Positions 27,301 to 41,189 of a stretch of DNA of 64,000 nucleotides are shown piece by piece. Origin of the DNA: Caecitellus pseudoparvulus. Lineage: Eukaryota > Protista > Bigyra: Bicosoecida. The stretch spans positions 175,492 through 239,491 of the forward strand of contig CBFFRQ010000034.1 of the NCBI GenBank assembly GCA_965644315.1, given 5' to 3'. Within the stretch, counting starts at the first letter, position 1. The number at the start of each line of letters is the position of its first letter. A model generated the notes under the pieces. The model was not told the origin of the DNA. It saw nothing but the letters and a program-made list of their open reading frames with translations, and made no database searches. The position numbers and the translations under genes are program-made.

Positions 27301-30300
27301 GAAGTCTCGTCGGCTGGCACGTTTAGGATCGCAGTGAGCGCAACCAACTCTGCCGGGCTGGTATCGCAAGGTTTCAGCTCGGCATTTGGCCTGGATGACT
27401 CTCCGCCCGTGGCAGAAGCGGTGGTGGATGGAGCCGATGCCGCAGAAGACTTGCGAAGCGTTGTGAGCCTTCAGGAGATGTCAGCTGTCCTCGTCTCGGT
27501 CATGGACACAGTATCTGGCGTTGGCAACGCGTCGTGCTACTTTGGCTCTCTGCCAGGCCTGGCCGACGTGGCCTCTGAAAGTTTCACGGCAGTTGAGCGC
27601 GAAGCTGGCAACCTGGTGTGCCGCGGAAGTCTCCAGGCAGCTTTGACCGAAGGAACTGTGTATGCAACGTTCCGTGTGCAGGACCTCGCAGGCAATGCTG
27701 CGACGTTCAGCAGTGACGGAGTCACAGTTGACACCACACCCCCTGTTGTAGTTCCATCTGCCGTCTCTGCCCTGCAAGCCTCAGTGCGCTTGCCACAGAA
27801 CGCCGCGAGCCAGACAACGTACCCAGCTCAAGTTGACGGCGCGGTTCTTTCTGTACGCTTCTCTGGGTGCTCCGACCCCGAGTCCGGCATCACGAGTGCC
27901 ACGTTCCATGCTGCTTGGGTGGGCGATGGCTCAGCTGCCGATGAAGCTCTGCCAGACCTGCCACCCATGAGCAGCGGTGTCACCTCTTTTGGAACCATGG
28001 AAGCCTCTTGGTCGGGTGTGTCAACCTGGGACGTCAAACTGTTGGCTGTGAGCGTAGTGTGCACCAACTCTCTGGGGCAGCAGTCCCAGCTCGCCACTGG
28101 GCCAGCCATTCCAGTTCGCAACCGAGCCATTCAGATTGGAACTGTATTTGATGGGGCGAACATGCACGACAACGAGGCCTTGCCTGTTTCAGATGCATTC
28201 CATGCCAGCTGGGAGCCCTTCTCTCTCGCTGAGATTCCGCAAGCGCGGATCTCCTACAAGTGGTGCCTGTGCAGCAGCACCGCGCTTGGCCCAGACTGCG
28301 CATGTGACGTGCTCCCCTTGCAAGATGCCAGGTTCAACGCTTATGGGGTTGCAGCAACACCGTTGAGCCTTCAAGGAGGAGGGCGGGTGTTCACCAAAGT
28401 AGTCGCAGAGTACGGAGACCTTACCCCAGCAGTGTCCGTCAGCGATGGCGTTCTTCTGGACGTCACCCCTCCGCTAGTGCAAGTGAATGTCACAGGACTG
28501 CTCTCGACAACAGATTCTGGTATGTTCTTTCACAACGCCAGCATGCCCGCACTCCAGCTTGCAGTCTCGGATGAGACGTCAGTCACTTGCGCGGTATTGG
28601 CGGGGCGGAGTCCTGCCTCGTTGGAGCCAGCGGCTGAGTGGGGCGCCATGCTCTCCAACTTACCGTATGCTGTCTCTTTGAAGCACCAAGGTATGCTTGT
28701 GCCAGACGGTTCTGTGTTGATGTGGGAAGCACATTGCTCGAATTCCGCTGGACTGGAGTCAGTCGCAACAGGCGCGCTCACGAAGGAGTCGACCCCACCT
28801 GTGGCAGGTACAGTGACTCTGGCTGTCCCTACTTCTGGCGCGACCAGCACGGATGTTGCGTGGGATAGCATCTCTTGGGTCTCAACTGCTGAAGTCTTCG
28901 CGATCTTGGATGGCTTCCGAGACCCCGAAAGCGGTCTCGCATCCGTCTCTTTCCAAGTCGGAAGCTCCCCAGGATTGGGTGATGTGGCGACTGGGCTCGG
29001 TAACGACGTTGCCCAAGCTGTCAACCTCGGAAGCCTTGCAGCTGCCAACGACGGCCAAGAAGTGTTTGTGACTGCCACTGCCGAAAACCACGCGGGTCTG
29101 CAGACTCGTAGCTTTCATGGGCCATTCACTGTTGACAGGTCCCCTCCTGTCTTGAACGCCAGCCTCATCTTTGCAGGCACAATTCCCGGCATTTCAGAGG
29201 AAGTCACCTCAGACACAGCCCTTTCCATGTCCTGGTTGACTGGGGCTTTCATTGAGGAACACTCCGCGTTGAATTCCATCGAGATTGAATGGCTGACATC
29301 AGATGGCGAGGCCTGGGCGAGCGTGCCGAGTGCTTACGCCCTCATCCAGGGATCTAGTGGTTCGCTTTCCAGCACTCCTGTCGACGAAGATGGCCTGTAC
29401 TGCCCACATTTCAACGTTTCAAACTCTGCCGGACTGTTTGTGGCTGGAACGGCTGCATGTGTTCGCGTGGACACATCCTTTCCTGAGCAGGCAAGTGCAA
29501 GTGTGTCCTTGACACATGAAGCACCGCAAGGCGTGCTGAACGTCACGCTGGTTGGCCACTTTGATGACGCCTCTGGCATTGCTGCGTTGGAAGCTGTCGT
29601 TTGTCGAACTCTGCCACTCGCTCCAGGGGCAGTTGCATCTGAAGGCTCGACCATCTTGAACATCGCCGCGGGTGTTTACGCCGACTTTGGCGCAGACTTA
29701 AGCTGCATCTCATCATGGGGCGCCATTGCAACCCGAATATTGGTCCCTAGTGTGAACTTGTCTCCGGGGGTGTCCTACACAGCGTACGTGAGGGCGACAG
29801 ATGCCGTGGGGCACAGCAGCACCATTGCTTCCGCCCCGCTGCACGTGGACACGACGCCGCCTGCACCAGGGACAGTGTCCGACGGCCTGCCTGGGCACTT
29901 AACCGGGTCCTCCTCTGGCGTCAGCACGGACATCAGCGTGCAGGGCTCGTGGCGCAGCATCGCAGCTCACTGGACGCCGTGGCAAGACGCTGAGAGCCCT
30001 GTGGTGGAGTACGTCGCATGTGTAGGCAGCGCGCCTGGGCTGGATGACATTGTCCCTTGCACTAGCACAGGCTTGCGCACAGTCGTGCAGCTGGCTGTGG
30101 CAGAGGGCGTCGCCAGCGCGCTGGAGGCTGATGATGCCGCGCGTGCAGCCTCCGGCTCCCGCTCCTTGTCCGCATTCTACGTGACTGTGACGGGCGAGAA
30201 CTCTGCAGGCCTGAGCAGCACCGCTTACTCTGACGGCTGCTTTGTGGACTCCTTGGCGCCAACTGCCGGGGTCGTCGTGGATCTGCCAGGCCATTTGGCT

Positions 30301-33300
30301 GTGGGTGACGCGCTGACGCTGACTCCAGCGCAGCTGCAGGATGTTGACTGGACAACGCAGGGTGACCGCATCGCGGCGGCTTGGAGTGGCTTTGACGACC
30401 TGGCTGGGGCCATGGCCGAGTACACCTGGTGCATCGGCACAGCCCAGGGCGTGTGCGATGTGATGCCCATGACTTCCGTGGGCCTTGCCACGTCAGCAGC
30501 AGCTGCTGGCCTGGGCATTGCAGATGGCCAAGTGGTGTTTGTGTCTGTCACAGGCACAGACGGGGCGGGGCTGCAAGCCACGGCGACGTCGGACGGCATC
30601 CGTGTGGATGCTCAAGCGCCCGCTGTGTCGGACATCTCCACCTCCACGAGCTCTGAGACGTCGGCCAGCATCCACACAGCGCTGGGGGTGCGCACTGCTG
30701 CAGTGTCCTCAGCTGAGACGCTCAGCATTGCCTTCAGCACGGATGATGGCCCAGGTGTCGGTGTTGTGGGGCATGAAGTGGCCGTGTGCAGTGACGTCGA
30801 CTTCAGCGCAGAGGCGGAGGACTGCCCCCTGCCGTGGCTGGATGTTGGCATGGAGACGGCCATTTCTGTTCAGCTCCTTGAGTTTGAAGCTGGCAGCGCG
30901 TACAGCGCCCGTGTTCGGGCTCGGGATGGCCTGGGGCATGTCTCGGCTGTGCACGCCTCCCCCTCCTTCGTCGTGGACAACACACCCCCTAGCGGGGGCA
31001 CAGTGGCGGTGGTCCCTCACGCACTGCGATTTGCGTGCAACCACATGGTCAGTGCCAGTGCTGGCAACTGGAGTGAGCTGTTGGTGGACCCTGCTTCTTG
31101 TACACTGCATGCAAACGCGTCACTGGAGACACCGGGTGCAGGAGAGTACCTGCGCTCCATGGGTGTTGAGCGCGCGACCCTCACCACGTGGGCACCGCTG
31201 ACTGTGCTGTGGGATGGCTTCTCTGATGACGAGAGCAGCGTTGCTGGGTACGATGTCTGCGTCGGCTCCGTGCCTGGCGCCTGTGACGTGTATCCCCGGG
31301 TGAACCTCGGCCCCAGCGTGAACTCGCACACCTTTTCGCACGCACAGCTGAACGTGTCAGCCTTGCCTCGTGGGCTGTCCACTGCAGCCTTTGCCTTTGT
31401 CACAGTGCGCGGCGAGAACGGTGCTGGGCTGCAGACGCCCAGCACTGCCTCTGAAGTGCTGGTGCGGCCAGCTGGCCCGGTGCCTGCAGCTGCCGTCGTG
31501 CAGGACGGAGTGGCCTTCGAGGATGCCCAGTACTACACCAGCGCGACGACCCTGTCAGCCCGCTGGGGCGGCTTCACTGCCGCAGACACAGCCGCGAAGC
31601 ATGTGGATGGCGACGCTGACCTGGACACTGCGTACACTGTGCAGTGGGGCACGGCGCCAGGGCTGGGCGACGTCCAGGCCCCTGTTGCTGCGGGGGCTGT
31701 CGAAAGCCTGACTGTAACTGGACTGGACCTGCAGCCGTGGTCTGGGCAGATCCTGTTTGCGACAGTGACTGCGCTGTCTCCTCAGGGAGCCAAGTCTACA
31801 GCGTGGTCGAACGGCGCCACAGTTGCGCTGACGCCCCCTGAAGTGGCATCCGACGTGTTGCCGTTCCCAGTGCCGGAGCTGGGCAGCAATGCCACCCAGC
31901 TCCGCCTGCAGAGCCCCTTTGCCCAGCTGCAGCCAGCTGCGGCCCACAGTCAGAGCAACCGAGTTGTGTGCATGTGGCCAGCACTGCACTCCACTGTCGG
32001 GGCGGAGCCAGTGACGTACTCGGTGGCCATCTGCCCAGGCGATGCGCTGCAGGCCTGCACTGTCAGTAGCAACACGACATGGTACAGCGCTGGTGCCGCA
32101 CGGTACGCTCAGGTGGCTGGGCTGGACCTGGCCAATGGCATGCGGTATGCGTGTGTGCTGCGGGCCACAGACGGCGCAGGACTGACGTCCACCTCCATGG
32201 GGCGCTCCTGGCTCATGGACGACTCGGCTCCGTCCCTGGACTCGCCGACTGTGCGCCTGGAGCCGACGACAGACGCCCAGACCATGCAAGGCTGGCCTTC
32301 GGATGCCATGAACATGGTGTCGGACCACTGGGTGCAGACGCTGGCCGACGGCGGGAGTGTGCGAGTGGCAAGTCTGAGAGGAGTGCGAGTGCGCTTCGCA
32401 GGTGTGAGCGACCCCCACAGTGGCGTGGTGGGCGTGTCCTGGTGCGCTGGGAGTGAGCCAGGCCAGTGCGATGTGCTGGAGTGGGTGCACCTGCCGTCCC
32501 ACACCGCTCGCGACGCCATTGAGCGCGGGTCTTTCCTGGCCACTGAGCTGGGCGACCAGCACGACACTGCGCTGCGCAGGGCATTGACCGTTGTGCACCG
32601 CCGACGGCGTCTGGTGCAGGAAGGCCATGCAGAGGCTGTGCCTGCCTCGCTCCGGCGCTTCTTGCAGGACAATGCCGAACCCACCTTCGTGGACGTGTAC
32701 GTGACTCTCCGAGTGGAGAACAGTGCAGGTCTCACCGCAGATCTGTCCAGTGGCGCCTTGCGGGTGGACCTGTCGGCGCCTGTGCCAGGGGAAGTCGCTG
32801 CTCAATCTGACGTGCCAGCTCCGCTCCTGTCGCCGAACGCCTCGGAAAGCGCCAACTTCACTGCTCTGCAGCACTCGCTGCATTCCTCCTCGCTGCATGT
32901 GCTGGGCGCCCGGTGGACGCCGTGGGCTGACCCTGACGCAGACATGCTGGGGTACTTCTGGGGCGTTGTCTCCACTGCAAGCCCGGATTCCCTCACAGCG
33001 CTGGCATCCTTTGACGCATCCTGCACTGCTGCCAGCTCCATCATGGACTGTGCTGCGCAGCCATGGCCGGAGCTTGACGTGCTGCCGCTCACCCGCGTGC
33101 AGGCAGGCGAAGAACTGGCCGCTGTTGCATCAGGACTGCCCCTGCACCAAGGCAGCTCCTACCACGTCGTCGTGGCAGGCATCACATCATCAGGTAAGTT
33201 GTCGGTCGCTGCATCTCCACGCACGCTGGTGGACGCCACGCCACCTGCCGAGGGCGAGGTGCTGGAGCTGCCCAACAGCAACTCCTCCAGCGTGGACGTG

Positions 33301-36300
33301 GATTACATTGTCGCGGCAACCAGCTCTGTCACGGTGCGGTGGAGCCCCTTCCTGGACTCTGACAGTGGCATTGAGTTCTACGAGTGGACTTTGTTCGCTG
33401 AATCCCGCACTGACCCAGTGGTGTCGGTGCAGCAGCCTGGAGAGGACTCGGCGCAGTGGCTGAACAGGGACCAAGTGACGCTGTGGGCTGACGTGGGCAG
33501 CGCCTTGGAGGGCTTCGTGGACGGCCTCGCCTTTGACGTGTCCAAGCGCTACCGAGCTGCAGTGCGCGCCTGCAACCCTGCCAAGCTGTGCACGGAGGTG
33601 CTGTCGGACGGTTTCACCATTGACGACGGCCAGCCCTGCGTCGGCAACGTGTCCATGGGCGCTGACCCGCTGCAGGATGTGGAGTACATGCCGTTCGAGG
33701 ACTCCCTCGCTGCCACCTGGACTGCCGTGGTGGACCCCGCCTTTGCGCTGCCCAATGCGTCGGACTGCGTCGGGGCCCAGCGCGAAGACGGCACACAGGT
33801 GCAGGCGGGCAACGGAACAGATGTGGACTGGGCAGTGCCTGCAGCGCCCATCAGCCACTTTGAGTGGCAACTGCGTGTCTTTGTCCCCACAAACGTATCT
33901 CTATCGTCCATCACCCCTGTGAACGCGACAATTGTAAACGAAACTGTCCAGGCCACATCTTCTGACAAGGAAGTGCAACTGGATTTTGACGCCGAAGAAG
34001 ACGAAACCGTGCTTCTCAATGCGACCTCCGCAGAACCGATCTCCTTTGCTAACGCGTCAAACTCGCTGACTTCAGTGGTGACTCCGTGGGAAGTCACCGG
34101 CCCAGCGTACGCTTCTGCCTGGTCTGCATGCTGCAGCTCCTACAACGAGCTGCTCTCGCTGCACCTGCCCTTTGACTGGGCCTGGAAGCCGACGACGCAG
34201 ACGGAGTCGCTGGGGAGTGGCTTGGTGGGACTGTCGCATGGAGTGCTGGCAGCTTCAGCGCGTGGAGCGATTGTTCTGCTGCAAGGCGCTGATGCTGCGC
34301 GCGTTCCCTTGAGCGAGCAGAGCGTGCCGAGTCTGGCCGCGCTCACAGGACAGGCCGGTGACCTCGGCCTTGTTGCTGTACAGGCAGGCCAGGTGACCCT
34401 GTTCGAGTTGCAGCAGGGGCGCCTCGCTGCTGAAGTCGTGTGCACAGTGGCTGCAGCTGACGCAGCCAACGCCACAGGCGCCGCTTTCACTGCATTCAGT
34501 CCGCAATCGAGCCACCTGTCTGTGGCGGGATCAACGGCGAGTGTCATGGCAGTTGGCCCCAACGGAACGGTTGCCATCGTCACGCTGAGCCTGGACGGCG
34601 AGTGTGGCGCTCTGGGTGCTCAGCAAGTGGAGCATGCCGGTGTGCTTGTGCGCGGTGACAGCCAAGTGCTTCATGTGCTCGAGCTTGGGCAGGCAGAGGG
34701 CTCTGCCCCTGGTGTGTCGGTGCCCGACGTTTCCGTTTCGGCCCTGACCCCCGCCGACCTCGCCAGCAATGTGACGGCCACCGCATCGTCAGCAGGCCTT
34801 GTGGTGCTTGGCGCAGCTGGTGCTGGATCTGGAAACGGTGCAGTGCGCATGGTAGAAGCGTCCAGTGGCGTGGAAGTGTGCAGCTTCGCCGGCCCTGCCG
34901 CTGGCCAGCTGGGTGCTTCCGTCGCAGTGCGGGAAGACCCGTCAGGTGAACTGCTGGTGGCTGTGGGTGCGCCTGGCGTGTCCGCGGCTGTGCTGTTCAA
35001 GGTGGACCTGCAGCGAGCAGGCACACCGCAGGCTCCTGCTCCCGCCGTCGGCAGCGCCGATGCTACCCACGCCATGCCTTGGTGCCGCGTGGTGGCTGTC
35101 TTGCGGCCCCATGCCATCAAGACTGCAACGTTGGAAGGCGTGCCGTCTGGGCCCGCCTCGGGTGTTGGGCATGCTGTGGCATTCATGGACAGTGACTCAG
35201 GGCCGCTGCTGGTGGCTGGTGCTCCACATGCCAGCACTTGGGCAGAGAGCGCCACGGGCACTGGTGCGGTGTACGCTGCGACCTGGTGCACGCCAGGCAC
35301 CTCCAAGGCCCACGACCGAAGCGGCGCCCTGCCCTTCAAGTGCAAGGCGTGCCCTGCAGCTGCGACTGCGTCCCACGGAGGCGCTGACCCCACCTGCATG
35401 GACTGCACCGACCGCGTGTGCACTGATGCAGGCACGACGGTGTTTAGCGGGCAGTGGGGCGACTTGCCCCTTGAGCTGGGAGCAGACTACCAGGTGGACA
35501 TCAAGGCCATCAGTTTGACTGGCGCCAGCACGATGTCGGTGAGCCACATCTTCCGTGTGGACTGGACGCCTCCTGCAGCTGGACAGGTGGCAGATGGCCT
35601 GAGTCTGGACTCCACAGAGGACTCTGAATCCTGCGGTGATCTGTGCGATGACGAGATTGCCTTCACCATGGACAACTCCTCTGCCGTCGTGTCGTGGGTG
35701 GGCTTCCAGGATGACGAGTCCTCCATCGCTGACTACCTCGTGTCTGTGCTCGTCAACGGCGTGGAGCGCGTGCCCTGGCGTTCAGTGGGCACGCGGCGCA
35801 ACACCACCATCAGCGGCCTGGACCTGCAGCAGGGCGACCACATCGTGTCTTGTGTCCTGGCAGTGAACGGTGCAGGCCTGCCCAGCAACAGCTCGTGTTC
35901 AGACGGCTTCTTTGTGGACCGCACTGCGCCTGTCATGCTGTGGGTGAAGGACGGCCTGTCTGGTCCAGACTTGGGGCAGCAGTCTTTGACAGATATTTTT
36001 ACGAACAACTGGGAGGCAGCTGTGGATGTTGAGGGGGAAGTGACTGACTTCGAGTGGGCCATCGCGACCCACGACGTGGCCGACACTGCCTTTGCGCTGG
36101 AGGCCACGCTGCTCGAAGGGCAGTGGCTGCACCCCAACTCGTCCATGTTGCCTGTGCCTGATCTGCTGCAGTGGGAGCTCATCGGCCCGCAGACATTCGG
36201 CTCGGTCGTGCGCCGCCCACTGCTGCAGAATGTGTCGGCTGGCACGCCAGTGTTCACGTGGGTTCGAGCCCACAACCAAGTGGGCCTCGTGTCGGGGGTG

Positions 36301-39258
36301 GCGTCGTCCGATGGACTCATCGTGGGGAAGTCTGATGCCAAGGCACAGCCCGACGAGGAAACGGTCATGGGCTTCGACACTGCGCCCAGTACTGACTACG
36401 AAGGGCAAGAGGAGGCACCTGTTCCTTCCACAACTATGGGCTCAGTGCAGCTGCCACCTGGTGCAGCCGGAGAAGGGCAGCGGTTCACGGCCGGCTCGAC
36501 GAAAGGCGACGACGACCCATCCCTGGTGGATGGCGACGCGACGCCGCCGCCGGCTGACAACTTCAAGTTCGGGGAGTACTCCTTCTCCCTGCGTGCGCTG
36601 GATGACGATGGGGAGCCAGTGGAGGGCTACCGCTTTGCCAAGCCCATCCTGGTGTCCATGTTCTACAAGGTTGGCGAGGACCTGGAGGCCCAGCAAGCCA
36701 GCGTGCCGAAGCTGTTCTTCTGGTCGGCTGCGACGGAGCAGTGGATGAATGCTGTGGACACCTGCACAGGGGAGGACCGGTATGAGGAGGTGTTCCCTGC
36801 GCTGAACCAGTACAGCGTGCACGTGTGCCACTTGACGCAGTTCGGCGTGTTCCAGCAGCTGCGCCCCCAGGCAGCAGTGACCGTGACAGCAGCCTCCAAT
36901 GCGACAGTTGTGTCGGCCATGGACCCTGCGGGAGCTGGCGCTGTGGTGGTGGACGCCGCTCTGGCAGCGGGGCACACGGCCTTCACCACCAATGCCAAGG
37001 ACTTCAACAGCTCCTTCCTCGTGTACACGTGGAACGAAGGGCAAGCTGGCACGATCACCCTGGACGGTTCGTCGTCTGTGGACCCCGATGGCACCATCAC
37101 GCAGCGCTCGTGGACTGTGCAGGGTATCGGACTGGATGGTGACTTGACCCTGGGCGACGCAGTGCCGCTGCAGGTGGTTGGCGATGGTCAGACGGCAGTG
37201 GTGGGGCCTGTGATCACTCCCGGCGTGTACTACGTCACCCACCGCGTGGTGGACGACTTTGACGCCTGGTCCACGCGCTCCGTCATCCTGCGCGTGAACG
37301 CCAAGCCCTCGCTCTCTGTTGTGACGACTCCGTCCATTGTGCAGTGGCCGTCAAGCACGGCTGCGTTGCTTTCAGCAGGTGGGTCACAGGATCCAGAGCA
37401 AGAGTCGCTCTCCTTCCTTTGGAGTGTTCGCAGCACTCCTGCAGCGCCGGCTGGGCTTTCCTGCCAGGGAGTGCTATCTTTCCCAACCAGCTCCGAGACT
37501 GGACTGGAGGCGACATGCCCTGGAAACTATTCAGTGAATTTGCGTGTTCGGGACTCCCTCGGGGCTCACCGCTCCATGGAGGTGCAGGTTGAGGTGAATG
37601 ACGCCCCTACAGTGGTCGTGCACGTTGACGAGTTGGTCAGTGGGCAAACCACCGCCCAAGCGTCGGCAGAGGAGTCTCATGACAGCGACGGCATCGTGCA
37701 CTTTGCGTGGAGCTTGATGTACGACGTGCGCCGTGAAACCTTTGAGGGCCTTGTCGCAAGCGCCCTGGCTGTGGATGGTCTTCTGCAGCACAGCATCATC
37801 AGTGAGCAAAGCTCTGCTGGCATCTTGGTCCACTCATGGTCATCGCCAGTGTGGGATACGCTGGGGAGCGAAGACCAAGCGCAAGTCGCACCGCTCCGAC
37901 GCCAGCTCGAGGAGTCAGGCTTCACTGCGCTGCTGGAATCCGGCTCTGGGCCCCAAGCAACCCTGCTGCACTTGAACCGTTCCGCCCGACTCGTTGTCGG
38001 CGTTACTGCGACTGACGCAAAGGGTGGCGTGGCAGCTTCGAACCACCGAGTTTTCTTCAACCAGCCCCCCGTTGCAGCGGTCGAGGAATCAGCCATCCAG
38101 GTCGTCCTGCATGCCGGCACATCTCAGCTCGTATCGGGCGCGCCTTCGTTTGATCGCGACGGCAGCATTGTGGCGGCTTCTTGGTCAGCCGTCCGAGCGC
38201 CTGGCGGAGTTTCCTTGGACACGGCAAACGCGATGCTGTCTCACACTGTCGGGTTCACGACATGGCTGCAGCACCCTGCCAAGGTGCTGGACGGAGCAAG
38301 CCTGCCCCAGCCTGGACAGTACGCGTTCGCACTCACCGTTACTGACGACAGAGGCCTCTCTGCCAGCACAACCGTGGAAGTGAGTGTTCTAGCCAGCCTT
38401 GCCCTGACTCTGCAGGCTGACACCGTCGGCTGGGTCAAGGGCGTAACAACCGGGCAGCTGCTGCCACAGGGGGCCATCGGCTTGGTGTCTGTTGGGGCAC
38501 TGGAGCCTGTTGACGCACAGTGGTCTTGCAGTGGCAACAGTGTGCAGGGCGGCGCGCCCTGTGATGGCTTGCTCATTGAGCAGCCGAACGTGCCAGTGAC
38601 CACCACGCCAGCTGGGCAGCTGATCCTTGGAGGCGGGTATGCAGCCAAGGCTTCCAGGCCTGGAGCGTTCACCCTCCTGCTTCGCGTGGTGCTGCAGGCA
38701 CCCAGCTCAAGCAGTGGCGCGGCACCCGCCCAGCCAGCGTTCAACGGCCTTCCCGTGGTGCTGCAGACGTCTGCGACTCTGGGCTTCAATGCCCCGCCCG
38801 TCGCCAGCTTGCAGTTGGTTGGCAGGGCAGCCCCCAGCAATGCCTCTGAGCGAATCAGCGTCCCGGCAGGGCAAGTGCTCATTTTCAGCGCAACCGGCAG
38901 CTCCGACGCTGAGAGCAGTGCCACCTCCTTGCGAGCCGAGTGGACGGCCGAGGGAGCCTCGCTGTCGCTCGAGAGCACCTCAGCTGACGGGCTGGTGGCC
39001 AGTATTCGAGCCACTGCCGCAGGTCAGGGACGCGTCATCGTCACGTTGTACGACGAGGCTGGCTCGCGGTCGTCCGCGCTGGCTGGCGTGCAGGTCACGC
39101 AAGCCGAGACCACTTCAAGCTCCTCGGCTCCGGCCTCCACCACCTCGGTGGACTCCCCCAGCACGGCCTTGCTTGCGACAGCAGGCGTGCTCCTGGCGAG
39201 CCTGCTGGCTCTAGTTGCCCTGTGGGTTGTGAGGCAACGCAAGCAGAGCGCAACGTAG
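3353..39258 (+). CDS. Giant (~11,930 aa) type I membrane/secreted protein, join(3353..3759,3867..39258): signal peptide, lipoprotein/vitellogenin-N-like region, long helical Ala/Leu/Ser region, many FN3/Ig-like repeats, FG-GAP-like propeller, PKD-like domains, C-terminal TM helix
   Basis: Stop-free frame 3760-39258. The upstream exon starts MNILNRLPLALLACCCLLWAAQG and joins through a GTGCGT...GCGCAG intron (3760-3866, phase 2) that keeps the frame. Recurrent D-x-ESG..Y..G(T/S)xPG..D(V/I)..V.A.N.AGL..S.G..VDxTPP units from ~22950 to ~36330. LGASVAV..LLVAVGAPG and GHAVAF..LLVAGAP. TITLDGSSSVDPDG, LSAGGSQDPE, FSATGSSDAE. Ends in LLATAGVLLASLLALVALWVV-RQRKQSAT*. In-frame introns cannot be excluded. 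Confidence 0.85.
3760..3866 (+). other. Predicted spliceosomal intron (107 nt) of the giant gene
   Basis: GTGCGT donor at 3760 and a pyrimidine-rich ...TTCGTTCGCACTTGCGCAG acceptor at 3866. Splicing yields AT|G AAG CGA and puts the signal-peptide exon in frame with the 35-kb ORF. Confidence 0.75.
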
Positions 39259-39932
39259 ATTGGTCGGCTGCTCGTCCAAGGCATGAAATGCAAACTTCTC
39301 TTTCGCAAGCTGAGTATCTTGGTGCGCATAGATGTATCTGGCCCGTGCATCAATGCGCCAAGACTCAGGATTTGTCCGTTGAGTTTTTTCAATGACAGCC
39401 AGATGCTCTGCTGGGTAGCGTTTCGCCTTCAGTGCTTCCTGCTCTCTGTCGAGCTTGTTCGGCACGGTCACTGGTTGCAACTCTAGGTATTGGACAAAAA
39501 AGCACCATGACCGTGATACCTGGCCCCCCTCGCTCACACAAACCTTTAAGGGTCAATGCATAAGGCGCCGAGTCCCATGTTGGCAAACTTGCGGAGTTTC
39601 GTCGATGAAACGCCGGCCCAAACCAAAGCAAGACGTTTGGGTATAGAAGCCTGTCAAGGAACCAGCAAGTTGTCCCTAAAAAGTTGAAGTTTGTTTTGTA
39701 GTTTCGTTTTGGTTGGTTACAGAGCAATTTGATGTGCCACTGAACTGTAGCCTTTAAGTGTAGGTTTGGACAAAGCGAGGTGTTTTTCGGATTCACTTAC
39801 CGATGTAGAACAATCTTGCCCGTTTCATTTCTCAAGACGCTTTTTCTTGGGTGGATGAAAATCACACGCGCCTCACGTCACATGCAATCATGAATTTGAA
39901 CCCATCGGCCCTCCACCCGGAGCCCACCTTCA

Positions 39933-40766
<834 letters not shown>

Positions 40767-41189
40767 TCAAATCCCGCAAGCAGGAAAGGCGTGCGCAGGA
40801 CGTGGACGACAGGTTGGCGTTGAAGAGGCACAACTGTGTGAATGGAGTGTGTGACAGAAAATGGATCGGACCTTGGTGCTGGCAGCAACGGCTCCATGCG
40901 TGTGTGTGGGGCCAGACGGCAGGAGATAGTCTGGCGCCGAGACTTCTTCGCTCGACTTGTTGCGCTTACACAGTCAAAGGCGGCGAGGCACACTCCCGTC
41001 CTCGTGTCATTTCAACTCCCCCCCCAACATCCCATGACCCCTTTGTTTCTGTGCTCAGTCCAAGGCTCTAAATGGGGAGCATTGGCCGAGGTTTCACGCG
41101 TTTCAGTGACTCAGTTACCCGGCGGTGCAGCTACCGCAACCAGTTGAGCGAGTGTCTTGCGAGACCAGAGTTGGCAGCAGGTCAGCGCG

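Noticed and set aside
3607-39014. Many long antisense or alternative-frame ORFs over the giant gene (e.g. 3607-5289, 25707-26888, 31555-32898)
   Set aside because: They are shadows of GC-rich codon bias with no recognisable motifs. The same applies to antisense ORFs over the ankyrin, helicase and retroelement genes.
39260-39930. Lower-GC stretch with short ORFs between the giant gene and MetAP2
   Set aside because: No motifs, terminal repeats or RNA-gene hallmarks seen. Treated as 3' UTR or intergenic DNA.
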